Shown piece by piece: positions 37,005 to 46,159 of a stretch of DNA of 64,000 nucleotides. The notes under the pieces were generated by a model, which searched no databases, was not told the origin of the DNA, and was given only the letters and a program-made list of their open reading frames with translations. This DNA is from Candidatus Giovannonibacteria bacterium RIFOXYD1_FULL_48_21 (lineage in GTDB: Bacteria; Patescibacteriota; Minisyncoccia; JACPKW01; UBA11713): positions 139,930 to 203,929 of the forward strand of contig MFIU01000002.1 in the NCBI GenBank assembly GCA_001778985.1, given 5' to 3'. The translations under genes and the position numbers were made by a program. Every line of letters begins with the position of its first letter. The first letter of the stretch is position 1.

Positions 37005-38023
37005 TCCGGCTTCAGGTTCGCGTTTTTCAAATCAAAACGGCCGCCTTCGAAATACTTTTCCAAAAACTCTTTGGCCGGCTGGTTCTTTTCCGTCTCTTTG
37101 AATAAAATTCTTAGCTCTTTGGCATTATTCTCTCTGGCTCTTTGGGCCATAAAATGTAAAAATGCTTCCTCGATTCCCCGCCCCAAGGCTCGGCAACTCG
37201 CGAGCAAGGACTCTATCAGCCATTCTTCCGAATCCTTATTAATCGAGGCAAAAGCTATCACGCCGTAATCTCCGAATTTATCGCGCGCGGCCGCGTGAAA
37301 TATGGAATGGGACGGTTCAGCGATCCGCCGCGAAATTTCATTCTCTGACATGGGTTTTTTATTCGTGTTAAATTGATTGGTTTTCTCGGTAAGTTGCGCC
37401 AACCTCGAGAGGCAGGAGGAATCGTCTTGGTAGCAATGGACTTCTATCTCCAAGCTTTTCAGGAAATCTTCTTTAGCCCCGTAATTATTTTCCGCGGCCT
37501 TGCGCAGACGTTCCGTAACGTATAAATTGCCGCGCATTTTGTCTTCATCAGTAGTGACCCCGCCCTTGAAATACGGCAAAGTCAATAAAAATTTTGCGTA
37601 TTTTTCGGGGTCCTGGGGCAAATCGGGGGTTTCTACTTCCGGCAAGGCATTTCGCATAACGGCGCGGTTTACCGGGTCATCGTCCAAAAACACCAGAGAG
37701 TCCAAACCGATATTCAGCTCCTTCGCGATTTCGCGCATGTTGTCCGGTTTCTCATTCCAATTAATGCGGAGGGACGCGAAATTATTTTCCTTCAAAACCA
37801 TATTCGGGTGGCGGCGAATCACCGCCATGGCGTCTTCATAATTATTCCGGCTGTTGAGCGCTAAAATAATTCCGCGATTATGCAAATCCAGAATGGCCTG
37901 CTGAAAAGCGACAAAGCCGCGGCCGGATGCATCCCAGCCCAGCTTGATGCCGTCTAATCCCTCCTCGCCCACCACCCCTCCCCACAGGGTGTTATCTAAA
38001 TCAAGAACTAAACATTTTTTCAT
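36977..38023 (-). CDS. FkbH-like HAD-IIIC domain protein (ACP-loading phosphatase/acyltransferase type)
   Basis: LVLDLDNTLWGG HAD motif I, LALNSRNN, LFLDD motifs, plus a C-terminal acyltransferase-like half typical of FkbH. Confidence 0.65.
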   Translation of the reverse strand: MKKCLVLDLDNTLWGGVVGEEGLDGIKLGWDASGRGFVAFQQAILDLHNRGIILALNSRNNYEDAMAVIRRHPNMVLKENNFASLRINWNEKPDNMREIAKELNIGLDSLVFLDDDPVNRAVMRNALPEVETPDLPQDPEKYAKFLLTLPYFKGGVTTDEDKMRGNLYVTERLRKAAENNYGAKEDFLKSLEIEVHCYQDDSSCLSRLAQLTEKTNQFNTNKKPMSENEISRRIAEPSHSIFHAAARDKFGDYGVIAFASINKDSEEWLIESLLASCRALGRGIEEAFLHFMAQRARENNAKELRILFKETEKNQPAKEFLEKYFEGGRFDLKNANLKPDWIKTIWIS

Positions 38024-38027
38024 ATTA

Positions 38028-38378
38028 TCATATAGTTAAAATTACAAACGCCAGCGCCCAATCTTTCGCGTGCGATAAGGACGCAAAAATTTTCAAATCC
38101 TGACATCCATTAATCCGCAGGCGCGGCGTGCCGGATTTATAAATAATTTCAATGTTTTTTAAATCTGTGGCGCGGCCCAGCGCTTTAAGGCCGGCTTCTT
38201 TGGCGCAAAATCTGGCGGCAAAATGCGGATAGGGGTCGGCTTTCGCCGTGCAGTACTCCAACTCCTTTTTTGTAAATATCTTCCGGTAGAAAGGCTTATT
38301 TTCTTTATACGGCAGGTTCCTGAAACGAGCAATGCTTTCGATATCGGCGCCAATCCCAACAATAACCATATTAAACAA
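38028..38378 (-). CDS. acpS: holo-ACP synthase (4'-phosphopantetheinyl transferase)
   Basis: IVGIGADIESIARF and FAAKEAGLKALG signatures. Confidence 0.8.
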   Translation of the reverse strand: MFNMVIVGIGADIESIARFRNLPYKENKPFYRKIFTKKELEYCTAKADPYPHFAARFCAKEAGLKALGRATDLKNIEIIYKSGTPRLRINGCQDLKIFASLSHAKDWALAFVILTI

Positions 38379-39750
38379 ATTGCAAGATATACTTCCCTAT
38401 GCGCTCGCCGGATTTTCCGTCCGTAAATTTGCACTGCTCTTGGACCAGACGCGCTCTCCCCTCCTTATCCAAGGAAGGATTTTCCAAGTAGCGCCTGACC
38501 GCGCTTACTAATTCCTCGGGGCTCGCCACCAATCTTACGCCGTCGGTATCTAAAACTTTTTTATAATGCGCTATCTCTGAATACTGCCTGAAATAGCTGA
38601 ATAAAGATTCTGGCTTTAATTCAAAATTTATATTTATCACCGGGCGGCCGAATATGGCCGCGTCTATACTCAGGCTGGAAGCGTAACAAATCAAAAGCGA
38701 CATATGATAAAGAATGTCGCGCAGGTGGGCCAGCTCGGAAGTATCCATATCCCAATCGTCTCCCCTTTGGTAGTACGCTATCTTGGAAGAAAAACGCACT
38801 CCAGAGTAATCATATTTCAAATGCGGCCTCTTTTTGAGCTCGGCTTCGTCTATCACGTCATAAGGATGGAAACGCACTAAAATCTCGACATCTTCGCCAA
38901 AACTTCCTTCTTTATTCAATGAATACAGCAGGTCAATCATGTCCCAGTCGGAATCGCTATACGAACTGCCGTGCGGAGCATATACGATAATTTTCTTTCG
39001 CGGGTCCAGGCCGAAGCGCTGGCAAAACGTCTCGCGCGCCAAAACCTCCGGACGAAAATAAATATCGTACTGCGGTATTCCGCCCACAAAAATGTCTTCC
39101 TCTTTGACGCCGTTATAATGAATAACTTCGCCCTTGACTATGTCATTAAATACAACTAATTTGTCGGGCAAAAGTCTCAAAACGCACCGGGCCGTAACTT
39201 TGTCCCAAGAATTGATAAAACCGATAACTTTCACGTCGTGATGCTTGGCCGCTCGCAAAAAGTGCACCTCGGGTTCGAAAAAGATATTGGCCAAGAAAAC
39301 CAAATCGGGTTTATATCTTTCAAAAAAACTATCATAGGCGTGATTCGTTACCAAATAGTAATCCAGCCGGCGCGCCAAGAGCAGAAAATATTTGCGGGCA
39401 ATCAAGCGATTTACCAAAAGTCCAAACCAATATCTGAAATGTCTCCAGACTCCCTTTCGGGACTTAAAGCGGACTAGGCGTCTTAAGTCAGTGGTTTTGG
39501 TGCGCAAAAGCGCGAATTTCAGCCACTGAAAGAATCGGTCTAAACCTAGAATTGGGATAGGCGGAGCGACCTCATATAAAATTCTTTCGCTTTCTCCAAA
39601 TTCTTTTTTATGGTATGCCGCCCGCTCCGGGTCTTTGGTAAAAATAACGACGCGCGTGTCCGGCTCTTTCAAGATGGTTTCAAAGATTGACGAACGCAGG
39701 ACATTTTTCGTTTCAACTCCCTCAAAACTGGTGACAAAAATCGTCTTCAT
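38371..39750 (-). CDS. TagB/TagF-like GT-B protein, paralog 2 of 5
   Basis: Same N-terminal MKTIFVTSF...RN and C-terminal SIDAAIFGRPVI / NPSLDKEGRARLVQEQCKFTDGKSGERIGKYI motifs. Confidence 0.55.
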   Translation of the reverse strand: MKTIFVTSFEGVETKNVLRSSIFETILKEPDTRVVIFTKDPERAAYHKKEFGESERILYEVAPPIPILGLDRFFQWLKFALLRTKTTDLRRLVRFKSRKGVWRHFRYWFGLLVNRLIARKYFLLLARRLDYYLVTNHAYDSFFERYKPDLVFLANIFFEPEVHFLRAAKHHDVKVIGFINSWDKVTARCVLRLLPDKLVVFNDIVKGEVIHYNGVKEEDIFVGGIPQYDIYFRPEVLARETFCQRFGLDPRKKIIVYAPHGSSYSDSDWDMIDLLYSLNKEGSFGEDVEILVRFHPYDVIDEAELKKRPHLKYDYSGVRFSSKIAYYQRGDDWDMDTSELAHLRDILYHMSLLICYASSLSIDAAIFGRPVININFELKPESLFSYFRQYSEIAHYKKVLDTDGVRLVASPEELVSAVRRYLENPSLDKEGRARLVQEQCKFTDGKSGERIGKYILQFV

Positions 39751-39857
39751 CCCGTTAGAAATTTTACTAATAAACTTTTGCCATGATTATAAAAGCCGAA
39801 GGCGAATTCGCTCCCTCCAAAATATCTTATGATAATCTTGGTTGAATTTCTAACGGG
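39751..39857 (-). promoter_or_regulatory. 13-bp inverted repeat (CCCGTTAGAAATT / AATTTCTAACGGG) spanning the whole NeuB-cupin / TagF-like intergenic region
   Basis: Arms at 39751-39763 and 39845-39857; the left arm abuts the downstream start codon. Confidence 0.3.
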
Positions 39858-39870
39858 ATTCATGAGTCAC

Positions 39871-41442
39871 TCACACTCCGCCGGTCAAGTCCTGCTCCTC
39901 AATGTCCTCCAGCTGGTGCTGGCCCCAGTTTAAAAGATAGGTTTTTCGCTCATCTCTCGGCAACTTGGCGATGGAAGGGTCAAGATAAAAAGAGTCTTCT
40001 TTATGGTTGGCAGTGGAAATTTCCTCAAAGACCGCGCCAGCGTCGGTTCCGAAGCTATGCACCACTCCTCTTGGAATCCAGAGCATGTCTCCGGGATATA
40101 AAATTTTTTTCCGTCCCTGAACTTCCACTTCCAAAACTCCGGAAAGAACCTGAAAAGTTTCATCTTTAAGTTTATGGTAATGCTCGGGATTGAATTGACC
40201 CGAAAGTTGAACCAAAATTTTCTTCGCATACTCCCGGTTAAAGCATTCTATGATAGCCGCGCCCACCTCTTGAAACCGCTCGATGCCGTAATGGTGCGAA
40301 AGCTCCACGGAAAAATCATGGCCGACCGGAACTTTCGCCTCGTTCAGCATCCCTTTGATGGCGTGGATGGAATGATAGACAATTTCTTTTTTAGATTTCG
40401 TGTCGGGCCGGAGCGAGGCCGAAAGAGCTTCGTTGGGATGGTAATCCCGGTCGGCCGCGAGTCCGGCCAGAAAGCGTCCCGAAACAAGCTGCCCTTCCTG
40501 CAAAGGCATGGCGAAAAATACGTCTTCATAATTCAGGGTTTCTCCGGCTTTTATCTCCCGCTTGGTCCAGACTCCTCTCACAAAAGTTCTTAAATCCTCG
40601 GCCTCTTTTTCTGGAATTTCCCGCTCGCCCCTTTCCCCGCAGGCCTCGACGGCTTCCCTCCAAGCTCCGAGCCAGGCGCGCACTTGACCGGGATTGGCGG
40701 AATAAGCGTTCAATTTTATCTGGTCAGTTTCAAGGCCCACGTGTTTTTCAAAAATCCTGGCGCCTTTGGCGTAAGCCAGGCGAATGGCATTCAGATTTGA
40801 AGGTTCCTCGTGAGTGGAAAACCCGATGACGATTCCGGGGTAGCGATTTTTCAAAATTTCAATCTGGTTTAGAGAAAACTTGTCGTTCGGGGTGGGATAG
40901 ATGGAAACGCAGTGCAAAAGCGCGAAATGAACGCCCCGCTTCTGGAAGAAGCTCACGATTTTATCGATGTCGCGGATGACGAGTCCGCCGACGGAAACGA
41001 TAACCGGTTTTCCGGTCTGACTCGCCCGCTCCAGCAACGGCCAATCTTGATTGGAAGGAGAACCGATTTTAATCACTCCAACCCCCAATCTTTCAATCTT
41101 ATCCACCGAGGGTTCGTCAAACGGGGTCGCGACGGTCAAAAGCCCCTCGTTCTTAATCTCGCTCGTCAACCGAGAAAATTCTTCTTCAGAAAGGCGGGTT
41201 TCCAAAAACCGCTTCATATAGTGGCTGTTGGAAAATTTTTCATGTTCGGGGTGAATGATGGCGTCCAAATCGCGAAATTGAAGCTTGGCGGCCGCTCGGA
41301 TTTTAAATTCCCGGGCGATCTCCCCCATTTCGCGAATTATCCGGAGTCCATGCTCTAAAGAGCCCTGATGGTTGTTGGCGAGCTCAAAAATGAATAAATT
41401 TTCGAAATCGAATTTTCGCTCGTTTCTCATTGTGGTCCGCAT
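39871..41442 (-). CDS. NeuB-family nonulosonic acid synthase fused to a C-terminal cupin (PMI/sugar-isomerase-like) domain
   Basis: N-terminal NeuB TIM barrel (FIFELANNHQGS...KLQ) and SAF region; last ~120 aa carry a cupin_2 motif HYHKLKDETFQVLSGVLEVEVQG...PGDMLWIPRGVVHSF. Confidence 0.75.
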   Translation of the reverse strand: MRTTMRNERKFDFENLFIFELANNHQGSLEHGLRIIREMGEIAREFKIRAAAKLQFRDLDAIIHPEHEKFSNSHYMKRFLETRLSEEEFSRLTSEIKNEGLLTVATPFDEPSVDKIERLGVGVIKIGSPSNQDWPLLERASQTGKPVIVSVGGLVIRDIDKIVSFFQKRGVHFALLHCVSIYPTPNDKFSLNQIEILKNRYPGIVIGFSTHEEPSNLNAIRLAYAKGARIFEKHVGLETDQIKLNAYSANPGQVRAWLGAWREAVEACGERGEREIPEKEAEDLRTFVRGVWTKREIKAGETLNYEDVFFAMPLQEGQLVSGRFLAGLAADRDYHPNEALSASLRPDTKSKKEIVYHSIHAIKGMLNEAKVPVGHDFSVELSHHYGIERFQEVGAAIIECFNREYAKKILVQLSGQFNPEHYHKLKDETFQVLSGVLEVEVQGRKKILYPGDMLWIPRGVVHSFGTDAGAVFEEISTANHKEDSFYLDPSIAKLPRDERKTYLLNWGQHQLEDIEEQDLTGGV

Positions 41443-41443
41443 C

Positions 41444-42325
41444 TTATTTTAACATCTTCATAATCTGATAGGTCTCTTTGAGTCCCCCCTCCAAAGAATA
41501 TTTGGGTTTCCAGCCAGTCAGTTTTGTGATTAACGAGATATCGGTGACGAATTTCATCGGGCCGGTGACGGGGACGTCCAAAACCTTAATTTTTTTTCCG
41601 GAAAGCTTCTCGATAATCTCGACAACCTCGCCGATGGAACGCGACTCCCCGGCGCCTAAATTAACATGTCCCGTGTAATCCGTCTCCAGAAGGACGGCCA
41701 CCGCGTCTGCCGCGTCTTTGGCGTAAATCAAATCGCGCTCCGGCTTAATCGACCAGACTTCTGTTTCCCTCGAAGAAAGAACGCCCTGCATTAGAGTCGG
41801 CACTAAATCAGGACGAACCAATCTGGTCGGGCCGTAGATGTTTGAAAGGCGAACCGCTATCGAGGGCACCTCTTTATAAAATTTCATGACTTCCTCCTGT
41901 AAATATTTACTGAAGACATAATCGTTGAGGTAGGGATTGATGGGCTGTGATTCATCCGCGGGCAATTTCAGTTTATCAACGTCGTACAGAAGGATGGTCG
42001 TGAAAGCTATAAACTTTTTGAGTTTTCTTCTCTTCAGATAGTGCAAGGCTTTTTTAATGGGAATCACGTTATAATCTAAACCCATCATGCCGGATTGGTT
42101 TATCTGATGATGGTTGGAGTTGCCTATCAGAAAAATAACTTTATCGAAATCCAGCTCGTCCAAAACGCTTAAATCATCCAGGCTCTCAAAATGAATATGC
42201 TTATTTTTGACCTCAGGCGGAGGCTGGGTTCGGCCCACGGAAACAATCTCCGGATAGCGCTCCAGAATAATTGGGCCCAGAAAACCAGAGCCGCCGAAAA
42301 GTATGGTTTTAGATAAAGAGTTCAT
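41444..42325 (-). CDS. NAD-dependent epimerase/dehydratase family protein
   Basis: GGSGFLG Rossmann motif, YxxxK. Confidence 0.75.
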   Translation of the reverse strand: MNSLSKTILFGGSGFLGPIILERYPEIVSVGRTQPPPEVKNKHIHFESLDDLSVLDELDFDKVIFLIGNSNHHQINQSGMMGLDYNVIPIKKALHYLKRRKLKKFIAFTTILLYDVDKLKLPADESQPINPYLNDYVFSKYLQEEVMKFYKEVPSIAVRLSNIYGPTRLVRPDLVPTLMQGVLSSRETEVWSIKPERDLIYAKDAADAVAVLLETDYTGHVNLGAGESRSIGEVVEIIEKLSGKKIKVLDVPVTGPMKFVTDISLITKLTGWKPKYSLEGGLKETYQIMKMLK

Positions 42326-43169
42326 TAAGTATTTTCCTTTTATGATGCCAAAGTTGTCTCACCCAAGGAATAAAGATAAGATGTTTTCTTGCGAGTGGAA
42401 TATTTGGAGACGACAACAGCCAAGCGAGCATGATAAAGATATAATTCGTGTAGGCCAAGGGGCGGGCGTGCAGTTTGCCGATGAAAGCATGGCGCAGCGT
42501 AATCGGAACTGGATTTTTATATTTCGAATAAAGCACCTCCTTTACGGAATAAAAATTAGTGGCCAAGGCGGCTTCGCAGGTAAAAATTGTAAAACCATCG
42601 ATGCAGTCGGGCATTAATCTTTGGTAAAGCCTGGAAAGAAATTCTCTTCGATAAAGCCCGTGAAAGAAAACCGGATTCATTTTGGCTTTAATCATCTTAC
42701 TATAAACCTGATAATGGCTTTTGTTTGTGAAGTCGTGCTCGAAAATTCCGCTTATCTTCGCGGGGCTGTACTCGAGCGTGCCGCGCTCGCTGAAATGACT
42801 CATGGCCACGTCGTGGTTGGGACTGGATTCCAAAGATTCCAGCGTTTTTTCTATAAATCTTTTATCCCACCAGTCGTCATCTGCCGCCCACATAAAATAT
42901 TCGCCCCGAGCTTCACTTAAAGTCGCGGCGAGATCTTTGACCATTCCGCCATTTTCCTCTTTTCTGATGTATCTTATTCTGGAGTCCTGTTTCTGATATT
43001 TTTCGCAGATTTTTTGAGTTTCATCGGTGGAAGCGCCGTCCACTATAATCAATTCTAAATTTTTATAAGTCTGCGCCAAGAGAGAGTCAAGGGCGTGGCG
43101 AATTGAATTCGCGTGATTGCGGGTCGGCATGCCGATTGAAACCAATTTTTCAGCTTCATTCATGTTCAA
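42309..43169 (-). CDS. family-2 glycosyltransferase (GT-A)
   Basis: SIGMPTRNHA...LELIIVDGASTD...DDD motifs. Confidence 0.8.
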   Translation of the reverse strand: MNMNEAEKLVSIGMPTRNHANSIRHALDSLLAQTYKNLELIIVDGASTDETQKICEKYQKQDSRIRYIRKEENGGMVKDLAATLSEARGEYFMWAADDDWWDKRFIEKTLESLESSPNHDVAMSHFSERGTLEYSPAKISGIFEHDFTNKSHYQVYSKMIKAKMNPVFFHGLYRREFLSRLYQRLMPDCIDGFTIFTCEAALATNFYSVKEVLYSKYKNPVPITLRHAFIGKLHARPLAYTNYIFIMLAWLLSSPNIPLARKHLIFIPWVRQLWHHKRKILNELFI

Positions 43170-44103
43170 GATACCATTCTATTGTTTTTTTAAGACCGGA
43201 CTCAAGATTCGTCGCGGCCTTGAAACCGAATTCCTGTTGGGCTTTGGAAACGTCAAATTTGCGCCTGGGTTGGCCTTCGGGATAGTTAGCGCCCCAGCGC
43301 GCTTCGCCTTTAAAATCCATCAAACGGCAAAGCGTCGCCACTAAATCTCTTATGGAAATCTCCTCGCCGGAACCGAGGTTCACGGGCTCCGGCTTGTCAT
43401 ACCGCATCGCGGCGAGCGCGATTCCTTCGGCCGCGTCTTCGGCATATAAAAATTCTCGGCTGGCGTTCCCCGAACCGCCGACTTCAATATAATCTCGGCT
43501 CGCTTTCTTGGCCTCGGCGATTTTCCGAATCAAAGCCGGAATCACGTGCGAGCGCTCGGGATTAAAATTATCTCCCGGGCCGTAAAGATTCACCATCAAC
43601 AGGTGTATGCCGTTAAATCCGTATTGCCGGCGATAAGCTTGGGTCTGAACCAGCATAAATTTTTTGGCCAAGCCGTAAAAGGCGTTGTCCGGCTCTGGAT
43701 AGCCGTCCCAAAGGTTTTCTTCTTTGAAGGGCAGAGGCGCGAATTTGGGGTAAGAACAGACACTGCCCACGCCCACGAATTTTTTAACTCCGGCGCGATA
43801 CGCGGCGTCTATGAGATTCAGGGACATGGCGGCGGAATCATAAAAAGCCTCGCCTGGAAAATCCCGCACGAATTTAAGCCCGCCCACCGAAGCCGCGAGA
43901 TGCAAAATCAAATCCCGGCCCTCGACCGCCTTCTTGCAAATTTCTTTTTCGCGCAAATCATGCTCGCGGCTTCCGGGCGCGAAAATATTCTTTTCTTCGG
44001 CTCCGTGCTCGAGCAATTTTTTGAAAACAAACTTGCCCAAAAATCCCCCTCCTCCGGTCAGCAAAATTTTTTTATCCTTCAAATCCATAGTTATATATAG
44101 CAT
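43156..44103 (-). CDS. fcl: GDP-L-fucose synthase-like 3,5-epimerase/4-reductase (Fcl/ColC-like)
   Basis: ILLTGGGGFLG, YGLAKK catalytic motif, overall GDP-fucose synthase architecture. Confidence 0.8.
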   Translation of the reverse strand: MLYITMDLKDKKILLTGGGGFLGKFVFKKLLEHGAEEKNIFAPGSREHDLREKEICKKAVEGRDLILHLAASVGGLKFVRDFPGEAFYDSAAMSLNLIDAAYRAGVKKFVGVGSVCSYPKFAPLPFKEENLWDGYPEPDNAFYGLAKKFMLVQTQAYRRQYGFNGIHLLMVNLYGPGDNFNPERSHVIPALIRKIAEAKKASRDYIEVGGSGNASREFLYAEDAAEGIALAAMRYDKPEPVNLGSGEEISIRDLVATLCRLMDFKGEARWGANYPEGQPRRKFDVSKAQQEFGFKAATNLESGLKKTIEWYLEHE

Positions 44104-44116
44104 CTTTTAAAATGGC

Positions 44117-44169
44117 TTGACAAGAAAGAAAGTTTCCGCTACGCTATGGTAAATCTTCTAAAGGAGGTG
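44117..44169 (+). promoter_or_regulatory. promoter (TTGACA-17 nt-TACGCT) and strong SD (AAGGAGGTG) for the plus-strand gene starting with GTG at 44174
   Basis: Consensus -35 at 44117-44122; SD 44161-44169, 4 nt before the GTG. Confidence 0.4.
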
Positions 44170-44173
44170 CGAA

Positions 44174-44935
44174 GTGAATACAGTAGTAATCGCAACGACG
44201 ACCTTTTACAAGTCAAGAAAGGATTATCGGTTCCCTTGTGCGGATCGCATGGTTAAAAAAGCGATCGCGGACGGACATATCGTAATCATCGTTGATGGCT
44301 CGCCAAACCCGGAGATCAAAGAATATTTCCTCTCGCTCGGCGCCATGGTATACGACGAGACCATGAAAGGCATCGGCCCATCGCGGCGCGAACTGTACAA
44401 TCACATTCGGCTATTCAGAGTCCGGCACACAGCCGCTCCGGAGATAATCCAATGGCTCGAGCCAGAGAAAGACGACCTGATACCGTTCGTTCCGCAAATC
44501 ATCGAACCGATTAAACAAGGGAAGGCAAAAATCGTTGTCCCGCGCCGGACACCCGCAGCTTGGGAATCTTACCCCAAATTCCAGCGGGCATCTGAACGGA
44601 CAGCTAACATGGCCTACAAGTTCGCTACAGGGCTCGACGTAGACATTTTCTTCGGGCCGGTCGCATTTCGCTGCGACATGCTTCCTTATTTTCTTAACTG
44701 CAACCCGACAGAATTCGGCGCGGCGGACAACTATATTCAGCACTATGCACCGGTCTTTGCCAATCGGGACTTCCACAGAGTTGCTTCGGTCGAAATTGAT
44801 TTCCGCTACCCTCCGGGACAGCGGGAAGCGGAGGAAGGTATCGATCTCCGAGCTATGGTCGAGCGGCGTAACGAGCAGCTTGAAACGCTCGTTGACGGCT
44901 ATTTCAAATTCAGCCGCCATCTCGGCCTCCGCTAA
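44174..44935 (+). CDS. hypothetical GT-A-like (nucleotide-diphospho-sugar transferase fold) protein, GC-rich, own promoter and terminator
   Basis: VVIATTTFYKS...IVIIVDGSPNPE resembles GT-A beta-strand/DxD-like segments; composition differs from neighbours. Confidence 0.4.
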   Translation: MNTVVIATTTFYKSRKDYRFPCADRMVKKAIADGHIVIIVDGSPNPEIKEYFLSLGAMVYDETMKGIGPSRRELYNHIRLFRVRHTAAPEIIQWLEPEKDDLIPFVPQIIEPIKQGKAKIVVPRRTPAAWESYPKFQRASERTANMAYKFATGLDVDIFFGPVAFRCDMLPYFLNCNPTEFGAADNYIQHYAPVFANRDFHRVASVEIDFRYPPGQREAEEGIDLRAMVERRNEQLETLVDGYFKFSRHLGLR

Positions 44936-44954
44936 TCGCTCTTTATCCATCCGA

Positions 44955-45002
44955 AGAGGCGCGCGGGCGTACCCAAAACACCCGTCGCCTCTTTTTTATT
45001 TC
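44955..45002 (+). terminator. rho-independent terminator
   Basis: AAGAGGCG...CGCCTCTT stem followed by TTTTTATTT directly after the 44174..44935 stop. Confidence 0.7.
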
Positions 45003-46159
45003 TCCAAAAGATTTAAGAGGTATTCTATCTCTTCTTCGGTAAGCTCGGCGTTATTGGGGAAGTAAAAAGCGTTCTCATGGATAAAATCTGCATTGGGGAG
45101 AGTTTCGGTTTTTGTTTCAGATTTCCAGAAAGGGTGGCGCACTATATTGCCGGCAATGACCGGACGAATCTCTACGTCGTTTTCCTCAAAAATTTTACGA
45201 TAGCGCTCAAAAGTTTTTTTGTCTTTGGCGATCAGCGGCACCGCGAAATTGGAGATTAGCTCCATATGCCCGAGCTCCAAAGAAATTAAATCCGGATTGG
45301 CCGCAATAACTTTCGCAAAAGCCGTAAAATTAGAAGCTCGCCTGGAAACAATCTCATCCCAATAGCCCAGCTGGTCGCGGCCCAAAAAACCCTGAATTTC
45401 GGTCGGCCGCAGGTTATACGCCAAACCATAAAAAGCGTACTTCGCGAAAAAATCATCAATTCTGTGCGCGAGCCTGATTTCCTTCTGCCGCTTTTCCGGC
45501 AGATTTCTGTCCCAACCATGAGCCCTGGCCATTAGAAGTTCTTGATAGAGCTCTTCATCATCCGTGGCCACCATCCCGCCCTCTACCGTCGAGAAATGAT
45601 GCCCGACAAAAAAAGAAAAAGTAGCGGCGAGACCGAAATTTCCCAAAAGCCTCCCGCTCACTTTTGAACCCAAAGATTCGCAGTTATCCTCTATAAAAAT
45701 AATCCCGCTCTCCAGACAAAGTTTTCGAATTCCTTCAATATCATCCGCAAACCCCAAGACATTCGTCAAAAATAAGGCCTCAAGGCCTTTGATTTTAGAG
45801 GTAAGAATCCGGGGAGAAACATTCAAAGTTTCAAGCTCCGAATCCAAAGGCACTGGCTTCATCCCCAGCTGGATTATCGGCATCACGTTGGTTGACCAGG
45901 TAAGGGCGGAGAAGCCCACTCGGGAGCCGTCGTTTAATCTTCCGAGATTTTTTAGAGCCTGCAGCAAAAGAAGATTGGCCGCACTGCCGCTCGTGGTCAT
46001 GACCGCGAATCTTCGCCCCTGCTTTTTCGCGAAATCTTCTTCGAATTTCCGCGTTTCGGCTCCCATGCTCAAAAATTGGGCGCCCAAGATAAAATCGGCC
46101 AGTTTTTTCTTGGTCTCGCCTTCCTTATAGAAAGTCGATTTAACCAGTTTGATTTTCAT
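44996..46159 (-). CDS. DegT/DnrJ/EryC1-family PLP enzyme with His replacing the catalytic Lys: GDP-4-keto-6-deoxy-D-mannose 3-dehydratase (ColD)-like
   Basis: Aminotransferase fold, but the PLP-Lys position reads [17 protein letters not shown] (HH, no Lys), the signature of ColD/E1-type 3-dehydratases. Confidence 0.7.
   Translation of the reverse strand: MKIKLVKSTFYKEGETKKKLADFILGAQFLSMGAETRKFEEDFAKKQGRRFAVMTTSGSAANLLLLQALKNLGRLNDGSRVGFSALTWSTNVMPIIQLGMKPVPLDSELETLNVSPRILTSKIKGLEALFLTNVLGFADDIEGIRKLCLESGIIFIEDNCESLGSKVSGRLLGNFGLAATFSFFVGHHFSTVEGGMVATDDEELYQELLMARAHGWDRNLPEKRQKEIRLAHRIDDFFAKYAFYGLAYNLRPTEIQGFLGRDQLGYWDEIVSRRASNFTAFAKVIAANPDLISLELGHMELISNFAVPLIAKDKKTFERYRKIFEENDVEIRPVIAGNIVRHPFWKSETKTETLPNADFIHENAFYFPNNAELTEEEIEYLLNLLEK

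Noticed and set aside
39751-39857. The 13-bp inverted repeat as mobile-element terminal inverted repeats
   Set aside because: The 81-bp spacer encodes nothing and has no target-site duplication. An RNA stem spanning the intergenic region (terminator or processing site) is the more economical reading.
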